From the NCBI GenBank assembly GCA_964016885.1, contig OZ024742.1, positions 233,988,001 through 234,052,000 of the forward strand: a stretch of 64,000 nt of DNA, in the 5' to 3' direction. A program made the position numbers and the translations under genes. Below are positions 25,818-38,455 of this stretch, piece after piece. The DNA comes from Eledone cirrhosa. Its lineage: Eukaryota. The stretch's first letter is position 1, and each line of letters opens with the position of its first letter. Below the pieces are notes generated by a model that ran no database searches, was not told the origin of the DNA, and saw only the letters and a list, made by a program, of their open reading frames with translations.

Positions 25818-26753
25818 TGTAAAATCCCAACCGCTTATGTGTTGACGACGTGGTCGGAATTTTACATGCCTCTATACCCACTCTGCATCTCCCCATGCAT
25901 TGTGTACTCCCATGAGTAATGGTCTCCTCGGTCTCAGCACTGCAGTCTCTCTTTCTGTGTGTGTGTGTGTATATATGTGTGTGTATCATCATCATCATCA
26001 TGGGTTGTCATGTTATGAGACAAATCAGATCAGGTGACCATGTATTGCTCATTCAGATCTGTATGTGTGTGTATGTGTGCGTGTGTGTGTATATAGACAT
26101 ACACACACACATATATATATTTATATTTATATATACCAACCAATGTCTGCATACACCCAAAATCATCATAATAAGAGAAAAAGAAAGTGAAATGGCAGTA
26201 ATGCTAAATAAGTTTATAATCAAACAGAACAAAGAGAAGAATTTGACTAGTTACTCATGTCAAGAGGTTAAACAACTATACTAACAGACCCATGTGTCTG
26301 ATAGTTCAACAATAACAAAAAAGAGAGGTGGTGGTGGGAGGAGATAAATGAAAGAAAAAAGAAAAAGCAAAGGTAAAAGACTGAGTCCTATAAAAAGTCA
26401 CTAGTAACTAATTTCAACAGCTGCAGTGGAATCATGTCAATGACAAGATTTCACAGGCACTATGAAAATGTGAAAACTGAATAACATTTTCCTTAATGTT
26501 TTAAAATGACTACAATGTTTCTTCCATCATGAATTGTTAATTTTATAGGCAAATTTAGTACATTTTTCATGCATATTATTTCTGTAAATTACCCCATGAG
26601 GTAGTCGTGCTGGTTCCAGAACAAAAAGCACCCAGTGTACCCTGTACAGTGGTAGTGCTGGTGCCAGAAAAAAGTCCCAGTACATACTGAACTGTGCTTG
26701 GCATTAGGATGAGCCTCCAGTCATAGAAAACCAAGCCAAATCTCTCTCATCTT

Positions 26754-26850
26754 ATAATTGTTTCTACTTTTGGCACAAGGCCAGCAATTACCCAGTACAT
26801 TACTGGTACTTTATTTTATTGAGCCCGTAAGGATGAAAGGCAAAGTTAAA
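26754..26850 (-). mobile_element. Meta-domain SINE, truncated by the adjacent Helitron
   Basis: Homology to 63384-63485. Confidence 0.7.
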
Positions 26851-26857
26851 GGCAAAG

Positions 26858-27724
26858 TATAAAACTGAGGATGTCTGTCTGTGTGTGAGTTTGAATCCCT
26901 AAAACTCGAGAACCACCCAACCGACTGTTTTCAAACTTTACATATGTAATACTTATGTTTCAGGGAGTGTTCTGAGCAAAAGAAAATTCAAATTTTTCAA
27001 TGCCCTGTGGACCGCATTAGGCGATTTAGCAATCTCTCTCTATAATTCTTAGCCTTTCTCTTTTTAGATAGATACATACATATAACGTCGCGCCCTTATA
27101 ATATCTGTCTGCATGTCTAGCTGTCTGCATTACGTCACTTCCCTGAGGATGTCTGTGTGTGTGTCTGTGAGTTTGAATCCTTAAAACTCGAGAAGTACCC
27201 AACCGATTTTTTTCAAACTTTACATGTGTATTACTTATGTTTCAGGGAGTATTATGCGTATAATTCAACATTTTGATCTCCTAGGGCCTAGGCATTAGGT
27301 GAAAAACTACATATTTTAAGCTTTTTAGGGGTTTTTTGAGGCGTTACATCAGACCGATTTCCTTGAAATTGTAACTATGTATTAGTCAGTCTCTTCTTCA
27401 TACCGTGAGCAAAGAAAATCCAACTTTTTTATGGCCTAGGTGAAAAACTTCATTTTTTCAGCTTTTTAGGGCTTTTTGGAGGCGTTACGTCTAGTCGATT
27501 GTCCCGAAATTTCAAAGCATATTATGCACATAAAAAAAATTCATTTTCTTGATCCCTTAGGGCCCGCATTAAGAAAATCTTAAAGATTATCCAGCCATCA
27601 GAGTATTCGGTCGGTTTATTTTCTTTACATATTGTCCAGGCATGCAGTTTTTCCACGATTATGTCTGTTGGCGGCCCGCGTTCCAAAATACCTTATCCCG
27701 TGCAATGCCGAGTACCACTGCTAG
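26858..27724 (+). mobile_element. Non-autonomous Helitron with duplicated 5' module (second at about 27143)
   Basis: 3' hairpin cccgtgcaatgccgag then CTAG|T. First half resembles 13529 and second half resembles 2898. Confidence 0.7.
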
Positions 27725-28445
27725 TACATAATAAAGAATGGATGTATGATAATGCGACATAGTGGATGAAAACTTTGAAGCCCTGTTACAAAAATCATGA
27801 TTTCTACTTATAAAGAAAGGGACCAGAGACCTCTTTAGTTGCGTTAAAAACATGGCAACCTCCCTAGTACTGGTGCCATGCACTTGGTACAGTGCATGAC
27901 CATATGTAAACAAGATATCGATTCCTGACCAGTCTGGGAGGTTAGTAGCACCACTTGAATACTTACTTAGTCTGTGAAGACCCATCCAACTCATGCTAGC
28001 AGAGAAAATGAATGTTAAATGGTGGTGGTGGTGGTGGTGGTGGTGATGACGATGACGAGGAGGAGGATATGCTTAGGAGTTTAATCTTATCTCCAAGAAT
28101 ATCATACTATAGTACAATATATTTATTGATAAAACCAGAAAAGAATTTAATAGTCTAATCAATACATGTTGGTCAAGTAATAACTGAAAACTGAATTAGT
28201 TTCCTTAGCTAAACAAGTTGTAATTGATTTAAAGCACTGCATTATTTATGTATTTTAAAGGAGATATATGTATGCTAGTTATGATAGGGGAAACAACACT
28301 TCGTGAATATTCCAAAATGTCTATTTTATAGCTGACATAATGACAATACTTGAACAAGATGCAAGTGGGAGAAAAGATAAAGCTGCAAAAAGCAACACAT
28401 TGTAATACAATTGGTAAAGAAATAGATATACAATGTTTGGCTTAC

Positions 28446-28545
28446 CTAAGTTATCAACATTAAATGCCATGTAGAAAGCATTTGCTTTGATATGATTTCC
28501 AAAAGATTGTAGCAATCGTCCTGTACTGATGTCTGTAATCCAATC
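28446..28545 (-). CDS. CORO7: Coronin-7-like coding exon 2 (DWITDISTGRLLQSFGNHIKANAFYMAFNVDNL-G)
   Basis: Acceptor tttcttattacag, donor gtaagc, 100 bp (phase 0 to 1). Resembles the CORO7 segment WISDI...NHIK...IAFN. Confidence 0.9.
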
Positions 28546-28589
28546 CTGTAATAAGAAAAATTTACATCCAACATTAACCTTTCATTACC

Positions 28590-29400
28590 ATATCTTTTTT
28601 TTTTCGCCCACTTATTCCCAAGAGGCTCATGGAGGCAGTGCCCCCAAACACTCCTTGCAGCGAGTCCTGACAAAAGCAACTATCTCCAACTGAGTCAGTT
28701 GGATCCCCAAGTGAGACCAGCTAACCTCATGGATATTATCCAACCATCTTGCTTGGGATCTACCTCTGGGTCTACTGTCGGTTGATTTTGCCCACAAAGT
28801 CTATCCAGCAATTCTTTCCTGAGACATTCTAACCACATACCCGTAGTATTGGGGCTGTAATCTCTCAATTCGGAGAAGTAACGGCGCTACCTGGAGTAAC
28901 TCTCTGATCTCCGAACCATACACTTTAACATGTAGTATTACTCCATAGACCCTTTGGAAGAACCGCATTTCGGCTGCTTGTATTCGCAATTGTATTCTTT
29001 TGATCATTACCCAAGATTAACGACCATAGGTAAGGGTTGACATGAATACCGAATTGAAGATAGCAAGTTTGGCCTTTACACCTACCTCACTTCTTCTGAT
29101 TACCGAATGCTGAAGCTGGTGCATTACTGCACTAGCTCCTGCAATTCTTGCACTTAATTCAGCCACCTGCCTTCCATCACTAGTGAACATGGCCCAGAGA
29201 TACTTGAACTCCTCCACCTACTTCAGTGGAACTCCATTCACATGTAGAATGCACTGCACTGGCTTCCTTGATAGGACGTCTCTCAGTTTTCGCAGCACTG
29301 ATTTTTATTCCAGCCATGCAGCACTCTGCATCAAACCTATCAAGTGCAAGTCAGAAACCACTTCTGTCGAGTTAAGTAATACCATGTCATCTGCAAACTA
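28590..29400 (-). pseudogene. RTE-clade LINE 3' part (same family as 16170-17670)
   Basis: FADDMVLL, EEFKYL, STLTYG, IQAAEMRF motifs (ORFs 28801..29007 and 29017..29217). Confidence 0.8.
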
Positions 29401-29899
29401 TATTACCATATTTCAAATGAAAAACACTGCCTATGATTTTCAATTAATTTGAAAAATAATCAAGAATTTAGAAGGATTTAGCAATATAACAAACTGTTTC
29501 ATAGTTATGTTGATGTTTGGAACATAACAAAAGTTCTTACATAAAATTGCAATGGAATGTTTTTAAATAAATATAAACACTTTAACACAAACAGGTATTG
29601 TAGAACCATGGTGATTTCAGGCAGTTTGGAATCAGAAAGTTTGAAACATCAATTTTAACACTAACTTCAGAAAAATAGTTTATTAGCTGTCAATCTACCA
29701 ATCAGGCAGACACACAAGCCAAATGAATTACATACTCAGGAGGAAGCAAGACAGGAAAATGGTAGTCAGCACTAAGAGATATACTAACATAGACTAGTGT
29801 CCAGTGATACTAGGATGAGAATTAACTGAACTTAGATACACAAGCTAATGTAGTGAAGGGAGATATGGAAACTGGAAGATCCCTTCAATAGCCAGGTTC

Positions 29900-31340
29900 A
29901 GAGAAGTACCAGCTGGATAATTGGGTGTTTCTACAAGACAACCTACTATGGATAACAGACCAGTTATGTCATTGATGTAAGGTTCCATCTAAACAGAGGA
30001 CAACAAGATAGAACCATAAAAGCCAAGAAACAAACCTGGAAAGATTGAAAGAAAGAATGATGTCAATAGCTAAATGTCAGGTATACTTAGGGAGAAGTAC
30101 TTAGCAAGGAGTAAGCCATTTTACCAAGTATTTATCAACCTGGGGAAGGCCTTTGACATGGTTCTGCTCAGTAGTCTGGCAGTCATTAAGGAAACTAGAA
30201 ATAATTAATAGTTTGTGAGGGTCAGCAAGCATATAGAGGTGCAGTCAAGTGGGTGAAAATTAGCAATTAGTTCACTGAAGAATTTTGCATGTAAGTAGGT
30301 GTCCATCAAGACTTAGGTCTTAGTCTCTTTCTGTTCTTTATAGTCCTGCAAGCCATAACAAAAAAGTTTAAGACTTGCTATCTGTGTGAACTATATGCTG
30401 ATGAACTAGTTCTTATAGATAAATCTGTAGAAGATTAAGAAAAAAAACAAGAATGGAAACAAAACCTAGAAACCTCGAAGTAAGCTTAACAAAGACTAAA
30501 GTTTCAGTAAGTAGAAAAGAATACAAAACCCTGATATTTTCAGGAAAATGGGCACCTTCAATATGCGGTGAAGTGGTAGCTAGCGATTCCATATTGTGTA
30601 CCAGGATCACAAATAGTCTAATAGAAAAGGTCGCAGATATACTGGAGATATGACCAGAAAAAATTCACATGAAATAGATTCTTTCAAGTTCTCAGAGGAC
30701 TCACTATAAGTAGTTGATAGATTTTGTTACCTATGTGACCTAATTAGCAGTGGCTAGTAGCCATAGTAAGAATGGAATGAAAAAATTCATGGAGCAATTA
30801 TTTTTATTGTAACAAATGGTTTCTCTCTCAGAATGAAAGGCACACTGCAATGATACTTGTGTACAAAATGTGACACTGTGTGGTAGTAAAACACAGTTTC
30901 TGAATTCAGAGGATTTGTGAAGACTATAAAGAAATGCAATGAACATACTTTATTAGATGTGAAATGTTAATATGCATGAACAATGGTGCACAAATGAGCT
31001 GAGAGAAAAGTTGTATATAAGAGGAATTAGATGTAATAATCAAGAGTGATTATTATGTTGGTGTAGGCATATGATATATATATAAAGGATGTTAGTCATG
31101 TAAATAAATGGTATGTGCAGGAAATAAATGGAACCTACGGAAGAATTAGACCTAAGAAGACATTGAAAACCTTTGCTAGCAGAGCAAATAGACATTAAAT
31201 GATGATAATGATGATGAAAACTGACCAAAAGAGGCTGAACTGCAAGCAAGAGATGACAAAGGACTGTAATAAATAGTAACACACAGTGCTGAAGAAAACC
31301 CACCTACCCATGTAAGCATGGCAAAATGGACACTAAATTG
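29900..31340 (+). pseudogene. Highly decayed RTE-clade LINE
   Basis: GVHQ, ELYADELVL, GKWAPSICG remnants collinear with 56380-57790. Confidence 0.7.
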
Positions 31341-31378
31341 ACAGGGATGGTTGAAGTTGGAATGTATATTTTATACAT

Positions 31379-31420
31379 CTGGATGTATATTATTCACATA
31401 TGTGAATAATATACATCCAG
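31379..31420. repeat. Perfect 42-bp palindrome
   Basis: ctggatgtatattattcacat|atgtgaataatatacatccag. Confidence 0.95.
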
Positions 31421-31734
31421 CTAATTGGCTCTTCCCTCTTTGTTACCCTTTCTTAATCATCAATGAATCATGCCAACTGTGTAACGAGGGATGGCATTGG
31501 ATTTGAACACATTCAATGCCCTCTATCATCACACTTTATCACATTACTTCACTTCCAACACACCATGTGAATAACAAGAGATAGCAATGAATTTGTTTCT
31601 ATTTGATCTTCCCTACTATCACTCTTCTTTATTGTTAGGCATCATTCTCTGTTTCTCTCTTTTACTCTCTCCAGTATCACATCTCTCTCTCTCTCTCTTT
31701 TTATATATTTATATATGTGTGTGTGTATGTGTGT

Positions 31735-32170
31735 TGTATATCTGGTATGTTTACAAATAAACATTTGAAAGCCTTTTAGCTATGAATTTTGGAAGCTGAT
31801 GGCTAGCGCCATCTAGCAAATTCCAGCAGGAACAAGAGAGGGTAACAGCAGAGAGCAGAGTATCTATCTAGTAGCCATTCTCAAGACAATGAGTCCCTCC
31901 TCCCACATACCCCATTCTCTGCTGGAACTCAATATAGACAAAATATTTAGTTTTGACACCTATGTACATGGGCTAATTAACCGCATTTGCATATGGAGCT
32001 GTTAGCTGGCCAGCCTGAAAACAGAATTAAAGTTTTCACTCCGACATAGCTGTATGGATATAAGTATGTGTATATCTAATGATATACAGTATGTTTACGA
32101 ATAAACATTCGAACTACGCCATCTAGCGAATTACAGCAGAAGTTGAAGAAGATAATAGCAGAGAGCAGGG
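31735..32170 (+). repeat. Unclassified repeat with internal duplication; inverted relative at 33752-34170
   Basis: tatgtttacaaataaacatttgaaagcc...gctatgaattt...gccatctagcaaattccagcag recurs at about 32090 and as a reverse complement at 34050-34165 and 33752-33815. Confidence 0.65.
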
Positions 32171-32589
32171 TGTATGTATATATATATATAGATAGATATA
32201 CATCAACATCATCGCTTAACATCTATTTTTCCACACTAGCATGAGTTAGATGAGTTGCCCTGTTGTGAGCAATGCCAGGTTAGATGACTATGTCTTGTTC
32301 ATACAGAACTGATTTTGGCTTGGTTTCTACTGCTGGATGCCCTTCCTAACACCAACCTCATTTACAGTGAGTACTGGATGTTTTTTGTCATGACACCTAC
32401 ACGACCACTTTACAGTGTGGGCTGAGTGTTGTTTGTGGTGATACCTATAGAACCACTTTACCGCGTGGGCTAGAGGCTTCACTGGATGTATACTTCAGCC
32501 TGTCATCATGGGAGATGGGAGGGGGGGGGGGGGGGGGGGGCATACTATATATATGCTTCAGCTTCGGCCTGTGCCCATGGGAAAGCAGG

Positions 32590-33330
32590 TCTTCTGTATT
32601 ACTGCATAATCCCAGAGATCTCGCATCACATCTCCATGCCAACGCAATCTCCTCTCCAGCACACTGCCTCTGATTCCTCTTATGCCTAGTTTCTCTCTCA
32701 GTTCGATTATGCTTTGCCATTCACATATATTACTATTACACATCCATCGGAACATGCAAGCTTCATTTCTTTCCAATCTACACATCAAGTTGATACCTCT
32801 ACAGTTTCCTCTATCTAGTGCATCTCCTTTACCCTTGAAGCAGTTGACAATGATGATGCTGCACCAATCATTCAGTATGACATCATTTAGTATTACTTGA
32901 TTTACAATACATGTGGTTATGGTGTAACCTACTGACCCAGATACTTTCAGCATCTCAGCAACTATTCCTGATGGACTGGCTGCTTTCCCAGTTTTCATAT
33001 CCTTAATTGCTTTACTACACTGCTGCTGACTTGTATGGCTGGGCCCTCTGTAGAGTCCACTTTGAGGTAGGGTCTCTTTTTCGCATGCATTCTCCTCATT
33101 CAATAATCTTTCATAATGGCTCTTCCGTGCAGCTTTCTTTTCGGCGCCTGTGAGGGTAAGTGTGCCTTTATCCTCCTGGACACACTTCTCACCAATGACA
33201 TCACAATTTTCCCTAATGCACTGCCTCACATTTCTGGTCTTCACACTGCAAAATATGCTTAAATCTTTTATCCTCTGCTTCCCTCCTTGCTATATACTTG
33301 TCGTCTAGCTTCCTTCCTGTCCTCTATGTA
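32590..33330 (-). pseudogene. RTE-clade LINE fragment with internal deletion
   Basis: ORF 32558..33244: KAIKDMKTGKAASPSGIVAEMLK...KGKGDALDRGNCRGINLM fused to RLERNEA...RRLRWHG. Confidence 0.85.
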
Positions 33331-33364
33331 GTGTACCCTGCTTTATTTATTATTCAAAAAAGTT

Positions 33365-33760
33365 GCTGAGTGGAACTTTGCTGCTTTTAGTTACAATCCA
33401 CATCAAGACTATGCCTCAGAACCTTTAATTTGAATTTCCTCAATGAACAAAATTTGTCCAAATTGTAGTGCTAAAAAATGAAATGGTGAGTCAACTGGAT
33501 TGAGCTGTTTAAATGGAAAGATTAAGTTTAGACTATTACCTAAACCACCAGAACCTTTAAAGGGATTGCTGAATCAAGACACTTTCTTCAAAATATCCAG
33601 AAGTACAACAATGCATTCCAAATGACATCATTTGGCATATATGTCATCCATGAAGGTGGCTTTATACCTATTTTCAAGATCCAAGGGCAAGTGTATCACA
33701 GAACTGGACCACTTCAGCCACTTTCAGAAGAACCAAAATATTTACAACTGTAATTCATAG
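33365..33760 (+). pseudogene. Helitron RepHel N-terminal coding remnant (absent from the ORF track)
   Basis: Manual translation: MNKICPNCSAKK*NGESTGLSCLNGKIK...PPEPLKGLL / SRHFLQNIQKYNNAFQMTSFG...GFIPIFKIQGQVYHRTGPL...PKYLQL*F. Confidence 0.85.
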
Positions 33761-34170
33761 CTGAAGGCTTTCAAATATTTATTCATAAACATACCGTATA
33801 ACACTAGATATACAAAGTACTCATACTTATATGTATACAGCTATGTTAGAGCGAACTTCTTAATTCTATATTTTCTGACCAAGCTGGCCAACAGGTCTAT
33901 ATGCAAATAAGACTAATCAGCCCATGTACACAGGTGTTAAAACTATGTTTTCGCCTATATTGAGTTCTAGCTGAGAGCAGGGTAATGGAGCTCCTTCTTG
34001 ATAACAACCAGAGTCAGACTCAGAAACAATGATCATTGTCGATAGTTACCCACCCTTGCTTCTGCTAGAATTCGTCAGATGGCAGTACATCAGCAGTTTC
34101 AAATTCATAGCTGATGGCTTTCAAATGTTTATTCATAAACATATCATATATCACTAGATATACAACACAC
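33752..34170 (-). repeat. Inverted copy of the 31735-32170 repeat
   Basis: Reverse-complement homology including attagcccatgtaca and the GCCATCT core. Confidence 0.65.
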
Positions 34171-34202
34171 ACACATACACACACACACATATATCTATAT
34201 AT

Positions 34203-34474
34203 ATAGAATGGAAAACGAAAAATCAGTGATGCATCGGAACTATGCTCCGAAATCAATAGATGTGTCTAAGGAACCTGCGAGTCAAGAGTCAGGTCGATCC
34301 ACACACAGATCGCACATCGAGCTGTTCACCAGGGAAATAATTGTAACACACAATAAATTGAGTTCCGATGCATCACTGATTTTTCGTTTTCCATTCTATC
34401 ATACTCTGCTCCGTAGGAACATAGAGTGCTCAACCGGCATACTGCCTATGGAAGCATCTTAGCTACCATTAGAC
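34203..34474 (+). mobile_element. Short PLE-like element: 39-bp perfect inverted repeat (34203-34241 and 34361-34399), hammerhead-like motif and tail, in (TA)n
   Basis: Arms are exact reverse complements and the tail is homologous to 5890-5953. Confidence 0.7.
34261..34350 (+). ncRNA. Hammerhead-like motif with large stem II insertion and mutated core (CTAAGGA)
   Basis: tgtgt-CTAAGGA-a-CCTG...CAGG-GAAA-T(aatt)G-TA-acaca. The G5A change predicts inactivity. Confidence 0.45.
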
Positions 34475-34506
<32 letters not shown>

Positions 34507-35302
34507 ATATGTATATATATATGTATATATATATAATCAGCCTTTCTCCCTCCTAACACTCTCTTACTCAACCTTAATCATGCTGCTTATTTCAAATGCT
34601 AGACAACAGAGTCCACATTAAATGTATTTTGCATTCTGAAGTAAAGATGTAAGAGATGACTAGACCATGTCTGAAGGATATTTAATGAAAGAATCCATAA
34701 TAATTTTCTCTGCGGCCACTTAGCAACCGAGATCAGACCAAAAGGTCATTTAGCTTTCACTTTGTGAAATTTATGGTATCACTTGCAATCTATATGGAGA
34801 TATAAAACTAATTCCTAGAGATATGCTATACATTGATTTTTAACACAGCCACAAGCCTACAAATTTGAAGGAAGCGGGTAGTCAATTATATCAACCCCAG
34901 TATTAGACAGGTATTTTATTTTAGTAACCCTTCCCCCCCAGAAAGATGATATGGGAAGTTGACTTCGATGGGATGTGAACTCATAAGATAAAGACCTGGA
35001 TCAAATACTACAAAGCATATTCTCTAACACTTTAACAATTCTGCCAATCCACTGCCCTACCAAAGGTTGATAAAATAAATTACCAATAATTGACTACATC
35101 TGTCAAAGACCATGAAACCTTGTCTCTAATTGGGTTTTTGAAATATCAAATATAGTGCTGTCCAAGCCATGCCAGCTTAGGAAAACGGACATTAAATTAT
35201 GATGAAGACGAGTGTTGGCAAATATAGGAAGGAAAATTAGGCACTCCATTTATCCTTTTCTCAAATAGACAGGACAAAGGAAAATGTGGGACTTCTCTCT
35301 GA

Positions 35303-35344
<42 letters not shown>

Positions 35345-38108
35345 AGTGTGTGTCTTTCCACACACACACACAACTAATGAAATTAGTAAAAGAAAAATTG
35401 AAGCATATTAATATATCACTAAACAAAAAATTAAAAGCTAGTTAAAGTAAGTTAATATTTCCTCCTTGCAATTAGTAGCCTTTATATGATTAACTTTAAC
35501 AATAAAATGTTGTATTTAGCAACCAGCAGATAATCAATATTATGTGTAACACCAAGCAAAATTATATAGTATACTTATTAAAACTGTCTAATTCCTGCCT
35601 TAAGATAAATAGACAGATATATTATGTTGGAAATTCATTGAAAACGAATAGATTCAGTTGATTAACAATAGACCTGAAAGCGATGTCACTTGTTATGAGT
35701 AGATGCTATTACAAGTGACCTCACTCCATAGTAATCAGATTATTACAGCTTTATAACAATGGCAGAAGCTTCCACATAATAATGTAAGCATCCATTTAGC
35801 AGTTGTACACAAGGAGAAGGGTGGGAGGGAGAAAAAGAAGAAAGAAGAGGAAGTTAATGAGTATCAATAGAGATGAACTCTCAAAGTAGATTCAATCTTA
35901 TTTGTTCAGAGATAATTGCAGCCAGCCGAACCTATTGAGTTGGAAACAACAACAACTGCTATTACTGTTGTTGTTGATGCTGCTGTTACTGCTACTACTG
36001 CTATTATCACTACTACCAGCTGTATTATCATCATGAAAACCATTATGATCATTATTTTACTCACTATTTTTTGCTATTATTTATTCATTGTTAACTAATA
36101 TTATTTTTATGACAGTGGACAGGAACTCATGTTTCTAAATTAAAATCCTATTAATTGTAATCTGTCCCGGGATAAGAATATAACAGGAATTTATAGATAT
36201 GAGATACACTGATTACAGTAAAACAAAAAAAAAACCTTATGTGTAAGACAGAAACTAGAAAAATATGTACAAAAACAGGTTAGGTAGAATCTGTTGAATA
36301 TGAAATAAATAGTTCATAATAGCTGTTCACCCATTTTTACAGCTTGCTTGATGTGGCAGATAAATTCTGTTATCTTGGTAACATAATTAATTGTTTCTAC
36401 TAGATAGTGATGACACAGTGGTTTGAATTCAAGCGATGAATGAAAATTTGTAGATTTGCTATCTATATTTGTATATAAGATGTATGAAAGGCTGAGGTGT
36501 AAATAAATCATGTGATACTATAATAAAGCAGTGTAAACAGTGTAATCAATGCAGACTTAGCAAGAAAAAGTGCTTTAAAAGAATATGCAGAAAGAATGAC
36601 TTCACTTATTAAAATAAATTGTTAATGCTTCATCAGTGAAAATTGCTTCATGTTATTGGTGAGAGTTTCTCCTGAAATTAGAGCTCAACCATGGAAGGCT
36701 TGATGAAAGTAGTTAGATCTAACCTACAGAAGAGCTCAGTCAGATGAGATGATCTAAGATGCTAAAACATGAAAAGATGGTATGCTATTTCACTTTTCCA
36801 ACTCATGCTATTGTAGTAAGATTAACATTTAATAATAAACATGTCAGGCTGCAGGATGCAGTCATAAATTTTTAGTAAATCAAATTTTAAACTGGGAAAC
36901 CATGAACTTCATAGCTTCTTCTTTTCTATCAGAAGCAATAAAATTCCTTTCAGTATTTACTAATGACCTCTTTATAAATTCAAACCCATCTGGGACCTAC
37001 AGTATTTTCATCCTTGAGAGAGAAGAGCACATTAACTGGCACAAACTGTAGTCAATCAAATGTATCTTCCCCAAGCAAATTTGTCGTTACCCTCATCGTT
37101 ATAATAATTTTACATCCCCTTTCTACACTGGTATGGGTTGGATGGGTTATTACAGTCAAAGACCAGACAGGTCTGAGCAAGCCGTCTTTCTTGTTACATT
37201 CCATATTTGGTATGGTTTCTATGTCTGGATGCCCCTCCTAACATCAACCACCTTACAGGGTGTGTTGGATACATTTTACATGACACCAGCATGGGTGGGA
37301 TTTTTGTGACACCAAGACTCCATTTACAGAGTGGATTGAGTGGCTTTTATTATAGTGCTGACACTAACAATTTACCTGTACTGGGTGCATTTTATTGTGG
37401 CACCATCACTTAAGAGGTTGTCACATGCTAGACTGGCGAGTCCTCCAATTTTGATTGCGAAACTGTCTGTCACCACATTTACTTTTATAATAATAATTAT
37501 AATAACACAGCTTAGACAAGGTAGTGTGGTTACGAAGGCTACTTCACAGCTACATGCTTCTTGATTTGATCACACTGTGTGGTACTTTGGGCAAGTGTCT
37601 TCTATATCATCAAGTTCCCCAATAACACACACACCATAGGTTCTGTACACAAAAGGTTAACATATACCACTCTCATAATCACCTATCCCTGTTGTTATCC
37701 ATCACTTGCTCTCTCTCACATGACTTATTACCATCTTTTCCTCCTTCTCATACCAAGCTCCTACCAACAACCAACACTCACTCTATCCTTCATTGTACCT
37801 TACCATCCTATCTGTTTACTGCATCACACTCATATTCAAACTTCCCTTTCCTCCTGCTGGTCATCATTCCACTGGACAGCACTATAGGTGTGTGTGTGTG
37901 TGTGTGTGTGTAGACAACTAGCATAGATATGAGCAACCTATGACATTGTTACCACAATGATACAAGCCCAGACAGTGTGGGACAAACCCAGGTAGAAAGT
38001 GCCTCATGATCCCAGTGGACAGGAAAGTGTTACCTCAGACGATAGTGAGGGAGAGACATTGAAATAGCTATTCTATGGAGGGAGAGACATTGAAATAGCT
38101 ATTCTATG

Positions 38109-38455
38109 GAGGCACATGGTTTAGTGGTTAGAGCATTGGCCTTGCAATCGAAAGGTTGTGAGTTCAATTCTCAGACCGAGTGATGTGTTGTTTCCTTGAG
38201 CAAGACACTTTATTTCACATTGCTCCAGTTTACTCAGCTATAGAAATGAGATGATAGGACTTGGGTCCATATCATTCCACTGCAAAGTGGTCGTGGAGGT
38301 GCCATGGTAAAAAAGCACCCAGCACTCACTGTAAATGAGGTTGGTGTTAGGAAGGGCATCCAGCTGTAGAAATCAAGCCAAAATCAGTTCCCGTCCCACC
38401 CTTGCAAGCAGGGAAAAAGCGGACGTAAAATGAAATGATGATGAAATGATGATGA
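38109..38455 (+). mobile_element. tRNA-derived SINE with V-domain-like core and RTE-derived 3' tail
   Basis: A box tggtttagtggttagagc, B box gagttcaattc, core tccttgagcaagacactt, tail cccacccttgcaagcagggaaaaagcggacgtaaaa(tga)n. Confidence 0.85.

Noticed and set aside
38109-38180. tRNA gene (also 63490-63565)
   Set aside because: A and B boxes are present but there is no acceptor stem, and the sequence continues into SINE body and tail.
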